Source of the DNA: Clostridia bacterium | Lineage (GTDB): Bacteria; Bacillota; Clostridia; Tissierellales; Dethiosulfatibacteraceae | Direction of reading: 5' to 3' | Assembly: GCA_041642175.1 (NCBI GenBank) | Contig: JBEPWV010000001.1 | Span: 1 to 31,685 of the forward strand | Length of the DNA: 31,685 bases | In this document: in pieces, positions 18,222 to 25,836 of the stretch | Position numbering within the stretch: position 1 is the stretch's first letter | How the letters are laid out: each line of letters starts with the position of its first letter | The notes under the pieces: generated by a model | The model's database searches: none | What the model was told of the DNA's origin: nothing | What the model saw: the letters and a program-made list of their open reading frames with translations, nothing else | Translations under genes and position numbers: made by a program

Positions 18222-21200
18222 CTATATCCTCCTATCGCATCTTAGACATCTCATAGCTTCAGCAATAGCGTTTAATTTATGAAATCCTACAGCAACTTCA
18301 TCAAAGTTATCAGTTCTCTTTTGAGGATCTAAGAATTTCATAGAAAATCTTTCATGTTCAACTATTTCTTTTTCATCTGTTGGTTTAGGAATTTCAATAT
18401 CTTCTCCAGTGTTTAGCTCTCCGCTTCCACCTAAATATTTGTCTATCGCCTCAGCTGCATCCTTCCCGTCTGCTATTGCTGTAATTGCTGTATCTGAACC
18501 TCTAGCTACATCTCCACCGGCAAATACTCCATCAAGTTTAGTCATAAAGGTATCTCTATCTGTTACGAAGGTTCCCCACTTTGTAATTTCAACTTCATCT
18601 TTATCAATAAATGGTAAATCTGAAGATTGACTTACTGCCGGTATAACCATGTCAGCTTCAATAATGAATTCAGAACCTTCAATTATTTCCGGTCTTCTTC
18701 TTCCACTGCTATCAAATTTATTAAGTTTCATTCTTTGACAAATTATAGAATCTACTTTATCACTTCCTTGGAAACTTTTTGGCGATACTAATTCCATTAT
18801 TTCAATTCCTTCTTCTACAGCTTCTTTTATTTCTCTATCATCAGCGGGCATATCCTCTTTAGTCCTTCTGTATAGTATTGTTACTTTTTCTGCCCCAAGT
18901 CTTACTGAAGTTCTTGCCGCGTCAATAGCTGTATTTCCTCCACCAATAACCAAGACTTTTTTACCCACCTTTACATTTTTTTCAAGGTTTACATCTTTTA
19001 AAAAGTCCAGTCCATGATATACATTTTTTAATTCTTCTCCTGGTATTCCAATTCTATTTGAAAACTGTGTTCCTGTTGCTATGTATACAGCATCAAATTT
19101 ATCTTTTATTTCTTCAAATTCTATATCTCTACCTACTTCTGTGTTAAGGTGTACTTTAACTCCTACCTGTTTTATAAGATTTACTTCGTGTTCTAGTATA
19201 TCGTTTGGCAATCTGTATTCCGGTATGCCGAAAGCCAGTACTCCTCCTTCAATAGGTTGGGATTCGAATACTTCAACCTCATATCCCAATCTAGAAAGGT
19301 AGTATCCGCAGGTTAAGCCTGAAGGTCCTGCTCCAATTATACCGATGCTCTTATCTTTTTTTGGAAAAACAAGATCCATATATGGTTCCTCATGTTTCAT
19401 GACATAATCTGACACAAATCTTTTTAAATCTGCTACAGCTAAAGGTTCATCAAGTTGTGCTCTTCTACATTTACTTTCACAAGGATGAGTACATACTCTT
19501 CCACATATAGCTGGAAAAGGATTATCCTTTCTTACTAAATTATAGGCATCTCTAAATCGACCTTCTGCAATTAAGGATATATATCCAGGTACATTAACCC
19601 CTGCAGGACAGGCATTTTCACAAGGAGAAATGAATAATTCAGCACAAACTCCTGCTTTGCAGTATTTATATTTTATATGTTCTTCATATTCTTCTCTAAA
19701 GTTTTCTATCATACTTAATACGGGATTAGGTGCAGTTTGCCCTAAACCACATACAGCTGTCTCTTGAATTGTTTCTCCTAATTCTATTAGAAGTTCAATG
19801 TCTCCTTCTTTACCTTCACCTTCAGTTATTCTCTCAAGAATTTCAAGCATTCTTTTAGTTCCAACTCTACAAGGTACGCATTTACCGCAGGATTCTTCCT
19901 GGACAAATTCCATAAAAAATCTTGCCATATCAACCATACAGGTATCTTCATCCATGCTTATCAAACCACCTGAACCCATTATAGCACCAAGTTTTTTAAG
20001 AGAATCGTAGTCCACCGGTGTATTTAGGTTTTCACTTGTGATGCATCCACCGGAAGGTCCTCCTGTTTGGGCTGCCTTGAAGGTTTTATTTCTAGGAATT
20101 CCTCCACCTATATCAAAAATTATATCTCCTAACGGCGTTCCCATAGGTACTTCAACTATTCCTGTATTGTTTATAGCTCCAGCTAATGCAAATACTTTAG
20201 TTCCTGTATTTCCTTCTGTACCGTACCTTTTATACCAGGTGCTTCCTTCTCTAAGTATCTGAGGTACATTCGCGAAGGTTTCAACATTATTTATTATAGT
20301 AGGTTTATCAAACAAACCTCTTTGGAAAGGAAATGGAGGTTTCTGTCTAGGTTCTCCTCTTTCTCCTTCTATAGATTCCATAAGTGCAGTTTCTTCTCCA
20401 CATACAAAAGCACCGGCACCTATTCTTATTTCTAAATCAAAGTCAAAATCACTTCCAAATATATTCTTTCCAAGTATTTTGGCTTCCCTAGATTTTTTTA
20501 TGGCATCTTGTAATCTTTCAACTGCTATAGGATATTCGGCTCTTACGTATACATATCCTTTGCTTGCTCCTATAGCGTATCCACCGATAATCATTCCTTC
20601 TATAACTCCGTAAGGATCTCCTTCTAATAAGCTTCTATCCATAAAAGCTCCCGGATCTCCTTCATCAGCATTGCAAACAAGATATTTTTCTTTACCTTCT
20701 GCTCTTAAACCTGCTTCCCATTTCACTCCAGTTGGAAATCCTCCTCCACCTCTACCTCTTAAGCCTGAATCTTTTAATTCCTCAACAACATCTTCAGGAG
20801 ACATTTCCTTTAAGGCCTTGGCTGCACCTTTAAATCCATCTCGGGAAATATATTCTTCAAGGGAAGAGTAATCTATGCTTCCACAGTTTTTAAGAGTTAA
20901 TTTTATCTGCTTATTAAAATAATCGATATCCTTTATATAAGGAACATGTTTTTTGTTAATTTTATCGTAAAAGGTTTTTCTCTCTAATATATTCCCTTCT
21001 ATAAAGTGACTTTTAACGATATCAGGAATATCCTCAGGATCTAACTTTGTATAAAAAACTCCTCCCGGCATAACTATAATAACAGGTCCTATATCACAGG
21101 TACCCATACATCCTGTTTGTTTAACTACCACCTTGTTAGATAGGTTATTATCTTCAAGACTTTTTACTAGAGAATCCATAACTTTGCCGCAATCAGAGGA

Positions 21201-21320
21201 AATACATCCTGCTCCTGAGCAAACAAGTGCTTCATAATCATATGTAGACATGTTTTTATTATGTTTTGATTTAATTTGGTCTAAATCTTCTGGTTTATGG
21301 ACATATGTTGATTCTTTCAT
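18222..21320 (-). CDS. hydB: NuoF/HydB-like flavoprotein fused to a C-terminal GltD/NfnB-like FAD/NAD(P)H domain
   Basis: N-terminal thioredoxin-like 2Fe-2S. NuoF motifs SGLRGRGGGGFPTG, NADEGDPGAFMDR, GAGAFVCGEE, GGPSGG and CGKCVPCR. Then the GltD-like CGRVCTHPCESKC, IIGAGPSG, VIGGGNTAIDAAR and FAGGD. Confidence 0.92.
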   Translation of the reverse strand: MKESTYVHKPEDLDQIKSKHNKNMSTYDYEALVCSGAGCISSDCGKVMDSLVKSLEDNNLSNKVVVKQTGCMGTCDIGPVIIVMPGGVFYTKLDPEDIPDIVKSHFIEGNILERKTFYDKINKKHVPYIKDIDYFNKQIKLTLKNCGSIDYSSLEEYISRDGFKGAAKALKEMSPEDVVEELKDSGLRGRGGGGFPTGVKWEAGLRAEGKEKYLVCNADEGDPGAFMDRSLLEGDPYGVIEGMIIGGYAIGASKGYVYVRAEYPIAVERLQDAIKKSREAKILGKNIFGSDFDFDLEIRIGAGAFVCGEETALMESIEGERGEPRQKPPFPFQRGLFDKPTIINNVETFANVPQILREGSTWYKRYGTEGNTGTKVFALAGAINNTGIVEVPMGTPLGDIIFDIGGGIPRNKTFKAAQTGGPSGGCITSENLNTPVDYDSLKKLGAIMGSGGLISMDEDTCMVDMARFFMEFVQEESCGKCVPCRVGTKRMLEILERITEGEGKEGDIELLIELGETIQETAVCGLGQTAPNPVLSMIENFREEYEEHIKYKYCKAGVCAELFISPCENACPAGVNVPGYISLIAEGRFRDAYNLVRKDNPFPAICGRVCTHPCESKCRRAQLDEPLAVADLKRFVSDYVMKHEEPYMDLVFPKKDKSIGIIGAGPSGLTCGYYLSRLGYEVEVFESQPIEGGVLAFGIPEYRLPNDILEHEVNLIKQVGVKVHLNTEVGRDIEFEEIKDKFDAVYIATGTQFSNRIGIPGEELKNVYHGLDFLKDVNLEKNVKVGKKVLVIGGGNTAIDAARTSVRLGAEKVTILYRRTKEDMPADDREIKEAVEEGIEIMELVSPKSFQGSDKVDSIICQRMKLNKFDSSGRRRPEIIEGSEFIIEADMVIPAVSQSSDLPFIDKDEVEITKWGTFVTDRDTFMTKLDGVFAGGDVARGSDTAITAIADGKDAAEAIDKYLGGSGELNTGEDIEIPKPTDEKEIVEHERFSMKFLDPQKRTDNFDEVAVGFHKLNAIAEAMRCLRCDRRI

Positions 21321-21338
21321 TAATTATCACCTCTCAAT

Positions 21339-21845
21339 TTAATCATTGTAGTATTCAGATAAAATAGAATCGATTTTATCAGGATTTACCATTTTATATA
21401 CTTTATCATTAATAGTTATTGCCGGGGCCAATCCGCAGGCTCCTATACATCTCATAACCTCTAAAGTAAACATTCTATCCTCTGTGGTTTCTCCAACATC
21501 TATATCGAGAAGTTCTTTAAACTTTTCTAATATTTTCTTTCCTCCTCTTACATAGCATGCCGTACCTAAGCAAACTCTGATAGTATATTCTCCTCTCGGT
21601 GTGATTGAAAAAAATGAATAAAATGTTACTACACCACTAATCTTTGATAAAGGAATATCAGTCTTTTTAGATATGTGTTTCTGTACTTCAATAGGCAAAT
21701 GTCCGTATATTCCCTGAGCCATATGAAGTATTTGTATAAGGCTTCCTTCCTTGTCCTTATACTCTTCAATGATTTCCGTAATTCTCGAAAGTTTCTCTTC
21801 ATCGGTCTCTTCAGCACATTTGCATGTTTTGGTTTTTTCAACCAT
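21339..21845 (-). CDS. hydC: NuoE/HydC-like 2Fe-2S subunit
   Basis: VCLGTACYVRG and CIGACGLAP motifs; AAGGAG RBS. Confidence 0.93.
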   Translation of the reverse strand: MVEKTKTCKCAEETDEEKLSRITEIIEEYKDKEGSLIQILHMAQGIYGHLPIEVQKHISKKTDIPLSKISGVVTFYSFFSITPRGEYTIRVCLGTACYVRGGKKILEKFKELLDIDVGETTEDRMFTLEVMRCIGACGLAPAITINDKVYKMVNPDKIDSILSEYYND

Positions 21846-21982
21846 AACAATCCACTCCTTTTTAAATTTTATTTGGTTTTTTATATTAAGTAATTCATTT
21901 AGGTTTTTAAATTGTGTGATTTGTCATATCGATGAGTTATTAATGAATATAAATGTAGTATGATTATTATTGCAAGATGTCT

Positions 21983-22000
21983 TTGTTAATTTAATAACAT
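21983..22000. promoter_or_regulatory. Candidate Rex operator at the hyd operon transcription start
   Basis: TTGTTAA-TTTA-ATAACAT matches the clostridial Rex consensus TTGTTAA-N4-TTAACAA at 12 of 14 positions. Confidence 0.55.
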
Positions 22001-22004
22001 ATTT

Positions 22005-22033
22005 ATTATAGCACTTATGAAAACATTTTCCAA
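22005..22033 (-). promoter_or_regulatory. SigA-type promoter of the hydCBA operon
   Basis: Minus strand TTGGAA-17 nt-TATAAT. Confidence 0.55.
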
Positions 22034-22060
22034 GTATGTGAAGTTTGTTTTGAAAAATTT

Positions 22061-22089
22061 TTGACCTATCGGTTTTTTTTGAATATAAT
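22061..22089 (+). promoter_or_regulatory. SigA-type promoter of the MBL-fold gene
   Basis: TTGACC-17 nt-TATAAT. Confidence 0.7.
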
Positions 22090-22118
22090 AAAGTAAATAT
22101 AAAAAAGTTGGTGTTATT

Positions 22119-22841
22119 ATGAAAATGAAAAAAAAGCAATGTGAAGTAAGGTATTTATATAATAGCGGATTTACTATTGAAACAAAAAATACATTTATTA
22201 TAATCGATTATTATTCCAGCCAAAATCCTATTGATTTAAAAAAGTACGATGATAAAAATATTTACGTATTGGTTTCCCACAATCACGCCGATCATTACAC
22301 TAAAAGAATATATGATTGGAATGAAGAATATAATGTTAGATATGTCCTTCACGATGATATCAATGCACCGAGAGAAATAAATCCTGATTATGTAATTGAA
22401 GATAAAAGATATCACATAGATAAGACATTTCAAGTTGAAACTTTCGGTTCAACTGATAAAGGAGTTTCTTTTCTAATTTATGTTGATGAATTAATATTAT
22501 TTCACAGTGGAGATCTTAACTGGTGGAAATGGAATAGCGACTCAAAAGATGCTCAGCACCATGAGGAAGTATCTTATAAAGAAAAAATCGAAAAATTAAA
22601 AGGAAATAAAATAAATATTGCTTTTGTTCCGGTTGATCCAAGATTAGAAGAAAACTATGACCTAGGTGTTAAGTATTTTGCAAATAAAATAAATGCACAG
22701 GTTATAATACCCATGCATTTTAGAGATTCATTATCTTCATTGAGAAACCTTGATGAAGACTGGATGGGTATTGATACATCTTCAAAATTTCAACTAATAA
22801 CCGAAAAAGGTCAGAGCTTTTTCTATGATTTCAATTATTGA
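22119..22841 (+). CDS. MBL-fold metallo-hydrolase
   Basis: SHNHADH, FHSGDL and IPMH metal-binding motifs. Confidence 0.9.
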   Translation: MKMKKKQCEVRYLYNSGFTIETKNTFIIIDYYSSQNPIDLKKYDDKNIYVLVSHNHADHYTKRIYDWNEEYNVRYVLHDDINAPREINPDYVIEDKRYHIDKTFQVETFGSTDKGVSFLIYVDELILFHSGDLNWWKWNSDSKDAQHHEEVSYKEKIEKLKGNKINIAFVPVDPRLEENYDLGVKYFANKINAQVIIPMHFRDSLSSLRNLDEDWMGIDTSSKFQLITEKGQSFFYDFNY

Positions 22842-22869
22842 TTTTAAATCCTTTTGATTTAATCTTTAT

Positions 22870-23256
22870 TTATTTATATTTTGTATTTACCACCAATGAT
22901 TCATAAAGCTTTGTTTTTTCATAATCTATTTCTAGTTCTTTAACAAAATCTTCAGTCCCTTTTGGTATAGCAATATATTTTCCTTCAACTTCATATATAT
23001 AATGATCAGTTGCTTGTTGTTCATCCAGAACAATGCCAAAGGCTCTATCTCCTCAGCAGCTGCCTCTTATCATTACAAATAGATCATCATTTCCTTTTAG
23101 TTTCATTATTTCTTCTGCATTTTCATGAGCAATATCTGTTATGTCTACCTTTATCAACTGTTCTTCTAACTTTAGAGCTGTATCTCCATATTTATCTGTA
23201 TTACAACCGGATAAAATAAATATTAAAAGCACAGAGATTATAACGAGCTTTTTCAT
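22870..23256 (-). CDS. Predicted 128-aa HesB-like selenoprotein lipoprotein (in-frame TGA at 23053-23055 read as Sec)
   Basis: Manual translation through TGA gives MKKLVIISVLLIFILSGC...VDITDIAHENAEEIMKLKGNDDLFVMIRGSC-U-GDRAFGIVLDEQQATDHYIYEVEGKYIAIPKGTEDFVKELEIDYEKTKLYESLVVNTKYK*. Supported by the lipobox LSGC, HesB-like motifs on both sides of the TGA, and the AAGGAG RBS. Confidence 0.8.
23017..23033 (-). promoter_or_regulatory. Candidate bacterial SECIS hairpin
   Basis: mRNA UUGUUC-UGGAU-GAACAA. The G-containing apical loop starts 26 nt after the UGA. Confidence 0.6.
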
Positions 23257-23387
23257 CTGATTCTCTCCTTCTCAAATATAAATATTTATAATTCCTCATA
23301 TTTTATAATTTCATATTACCATTTTATTTAAAGTTTATGAAGGATAAATATTAGTTTAACAAGATTATAAATTTCAATCTACTATAA

Positions 23388-23405
23388 TTGTTATATATTT
23401 AACAA
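23388..23405. promoter_or_regulatory. Candidate Rex operator in the selenoprotein/SDR divergent region
   Basis: TTGTTAT-ATAT-TTAACAA matches the consensus at 13 of 14 positions. The palindrome extends to AATTGTTA/TAACAATT. Confidence 0.6.
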
Positions 23406-23534
23406 TTATAGTTTTAATCCTGATTTTTTTATTTAAACATGTTAATTTAATTTAATGCATAATAATCAAGCCTTTCACTCCCTTGCATACAACTTAATTA
23501 AAATTTTTTATTGGAAAATTTATAGTATTTATTG

Positions 23535-23563
23535 TTGACATGGAAATAATTCTTTGTTATTAT
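23535..23563 (+). promoter_or_regulatory. SigA-type promoter of the SDR gene
   Basis: TTGACA-17 nt-TATTAT with an extended -10 TG. Confidence 0.75.
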
Positions 23564-23579
23564 GTTAATAATTTAACGA
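23562..23579. promoter_or_regulatory. Candidate Rex operator overlapping the SDR -10 and start site
   Basis: ATGTTAA-TAAT-TTAACGA, 12 of 14 match. Confidence 0.5.
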
Positions 23580-23613
23580 TAAATAATATCTAAACTAGAA
23601 AGGAGATATTAAA

Positions 23614-24384
23614 ATGACAAATTTATTTGATTTAAAAGGAAAAAAAGCAGTAGTAACAGGTGGGTCTTCAGGACTTGGAGTTCAATTTGCAAAAGCACTT
23701 GCTAGACAAGGTGCTGATGTCGCTGTTGTTGCGAGAAGAATAGAGAAATTAGAAAAAGTTAGAGATGAATTAAAGGACATTGGTGTAAACAGTATAGCCG
23801 TTAGATGTGATGTAAGCAAAACTGATGATATAGCTAATGCCGTTGATGAAATTATTAAACATTTCGGTACTATAGATATATTAGTAAATAATGCTGGTCT
23901 GGGACTTATGGAACCTGCCCATACTCAATCAGATGAAACATGGGAAAAAATGATGGATGTAAATGTAAACGGAGTTTACTATTTTGCAAGAGAAGTCGTA
24001 GACAAGGTAATGCTTGAGAAGAAATATGGAAGAATTATAAACATTGGTTCAATACACAGTACGGTAGCTATGCTAGGATCCCCTATAAGTGCTTACTGCA
24101 CTACTAAAGGAGCTGTGGAAATGATGACAAGAGCTTTGGCTAATGAATGGGCTGAGTATAATATAACTGTAAATGCAGTAGGCCCGGGTTATTTCCCAAG
24201 TGAAATGACAAAAGATGTATTGGAAGATGAAGAGTTTTTGCAAGCTATTAAGACTTTTTGTCCTATGAAAAGAACAGGTAAAGATGGAGAGTTGGATGGC
24301 ATTATCGTGTACTTAGCATCTGACGCTTCAAGTTATACTACAGGACAACTTATTCAAATAGATGGAGGTTGGACAACAGTTTAA
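23614..24384 (+). CDS. SDR family oxidoreductase (gluconate 5-dehydrogenase/FabG-like), probably NADP(H)-preferring
   Basis: TGGSSGLG, NNAG, catalytic YCTTK and IQIDGG. The ARR after beta-2 suggests NADP(H). Confidence 0.9.
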   Translation: MTNLFDLKGKKAVVTGGSSGLGVQFAKALARQGADVAVVARRIEKLEKVRDELKDIGVNSIAVRCDVSKTDDIANAVDEIIKHFGTIDILVNNAGLGLMEPAHTQSDETWEKMMDVNVNGVYYFAREVVDKVMLEKKYGRIINIGSIHSTVAMLGSPISAYCTTKGAVEMMTRALANEWAEYNITVNAVGPGYFPSEMTKDVLEDEEFLQAIKTFCPMKRTGKDGELDGIIVYLASDASSYTTGQLIQIDGGWTTV

Positions 24385-24413
24385 TCTTCACTACTCATAT
24401 AAATTATCCCTTG

Positions 24414-24448
24414 CCCTCAGCAATTATTTTGCTGAGGGTTTTCCTTTT
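24414..24448 (+). terminator. Intrinsic terminator after the SDR gene
   Basis: CCCTCAGCAA-TTATT-TTGCTGAGGG followed by TTTTCCTTTT. Confidence 0.8.
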
Positions 24449-24523
24449 CTTGAAAGTATCAGATCTAAATGATAAGATTTAGCTATATATAAATTAAATT
24501 GCAATATAGAAAGGAGGATTTCT

Positions 24524-25333
24524 ATGTATCAAGTTGCCGGAATCCAGATGAGACCTATAATGAATAACGTAAATGCAAACTTAAAAAGAGGCATTAAATT
24601 TATTAGAGAAGCTGCAAAAGAAGAAGTTGATCTAATAGTATTACCTGAAATGTGGACTACAGGCTATCATCTAAGCAAAGAGGCTTTTTTGAAATTAGGA
24701 GAAGATAGAAAAGGACCAACAGTAACCGCTATAAGAGAAGAAGCTAAAAGAGCTAATGCTTCTATAATCTGCCCTTTTATTGAAAAAACTAATGTCAATG
24801 ATCTTTATATATCTGCTGCTGTTATAGATACTACTGGCGAATTAAGAGGCGTAGTAAGGAAAAGTGTGCTGTGGGGTAGAGAGAATAATATCTTTAAGTC
24901 AGGAAATATCGAATATCCTGTTTTTGATATAAAAGTTGGTAAAGTTGGGATATTAATATGTTATGAGATAGAGTTCCCGGAAACAAGCAGACTTTTGGCT
25001 TTGCAGGATGCAGATATGATAGTTTGTCCGTCAGTATGGAGTGTAGCATCATCTCATAGATGGGATATACAGCTTCCAGCTAGAGCCTTAGATAACACTG
25101 TATTTATATTTGGTGTTAATAACGTCGGTAGCAACAGCTGCGGTAAAAGCAAACTAGTAAGTCCTTTAGGAGATGTTTTAGTTGAAGCTTCTGAAACTAA
25201 AGAAGAGGTTATTATTCATATAGTAGATGATGAAATGCTTAAATGGGCTAGAGAAGAAGTTCCATATCTTAATGATTTCAAAAGCAAGTTAACACCGGGT
25301 GGAATAAACAAAATACCAATTCCAAAATTATAA
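24524..25333 (+). CDS. Carbon-nitrogen hydrolase (nitrilase superfamily)
   Basis: Triad motifs LPEMW (Glu), VRK (Lys) and ICYE (Cys); ARALDN. Confidence 0.9.
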   Translation: MYQVAGIQMRPIMNNVNANLKRGIKFIREAAKEEVDLIVLPEMWTTGYHLSKEAFLKLGEDRKGPTVTAIREEAKRANASIICPFIEKTNVNDLYISAAVIDTTGELRGVVRKSVLWGRENNIFKSGNIEYPVFDIKVGKVGILICYEIEFPETSRLLALQDADMIVCPSVWSVASSHRWDIQLPARALDNTVFIFGVNNVGSNSCGKSKLVSPLGDVLVEASETKEEVIIHIVDDEMLKWAREEVPYLNDFKSKLTPGGINKIPIPKL

Positions 25334-25347
25334 TAAAGGTGAGAAAA

Positions 25348-25836
25348 ATGAAAAAAGAAATACTGTTATTAGGAAATCCAGAACTTTACGGAATAAGTGA
25401 ATCTGTACAAAAAGATGAATTAACAGAAGTTGAAGTTATTGTAAATAATCTTCATGATACTTTGATAGATTTTAGAAATAAATACGGTGCGGGAAGAGCA
25501 ATTGCAGCACCGCAAATAGGAGTTAAAAAAAGGATTATTTATATGTTCATTGACAACCCAACTGTCTTTATAAACCCAAAACTTATTTTTCCAGATGAAG
25601 AAATGATGGAAGTAATGGATGATTGTATGTCATTTCCCAATCTATTTGTTAAGGTGAGAAGATATAAAAGAGCCATCATAGAATACAAAGACTTAAATTG
25701 GATAGATCAAGAAATGAAATTAAAAGGAGATTTATCTGAACTACTCCAACATGAATACGATCATTTAGATGGAATTTTAGCTACAATGCGAGCTAAAGAC
25801 AACAAAGCATTTTTCATGAAAAAATCAAGCAATTAA
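25348..25836 (+). CDS. def: Peptide deformylase-like protein with variant motifs
   Basis: GRAIAAPQIG, DDCMS and QHEYDHLDG. The start is moved from GTG 25339 to ATG 25348. Confidence 0.8.
   Translation: MKKEILLLGNPELYGISESVQKDELTEVEVIVNNLHDTLIDFRNKYGAGRAIAAPQIGVKKRIIYMFIDNPTVFINPKLIFPDEEMMEVMDDCMSFPNLFVKVRRYKRAIIEYKDLNWIDQEMKLKGDLSELLQHEYDHLDGILATMRAKDNKAFFMKKSSN

Noticed and set aside
4756-21845. Idea that the Mbh-like antiporter module and the hydrogenase form one energy-converting complex
   Set aside because: The hydrogenase is a soluble [FeFe] type with no NuoH/MbhM-like or [NiFe] subunits. The loci are separated by five unrelated genes and several terminators.
6534-21963. Short opposite-strand or alternate-frame ORFs within mrpC, the helicase, msrAB and the hyd genes (for example 12798-13121, 14708-14963, 18409-18630, 21629-21963)
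   Set aside because: They overlap conserved genes, have no recognisable motifs, and show shadow-like composition.
21924-22433. Minus-strand ORFs 21924-22139 and 22236-22433
   Set aside because: The first spans the divergent promoters and the second is antisense to the MBL gene. Neither has an RBS or a motif.
23053-23055. TGA as Trp/Gly (alternative genetic code) or as a simple pseudogene stop
   Set aside because: TGA ends other genes here and Trp is TGG, so code 11 applies. A nonsense mutation is not excluded, but it is less likely given the position in the Sec loop and the downstream hairpin.
23010-23219. Plus-strand 69-aa ORF
   Set aside because: Antisense to the lipoprotein/selenoprotein gene, which has the RBS, lipobox and homology signal.
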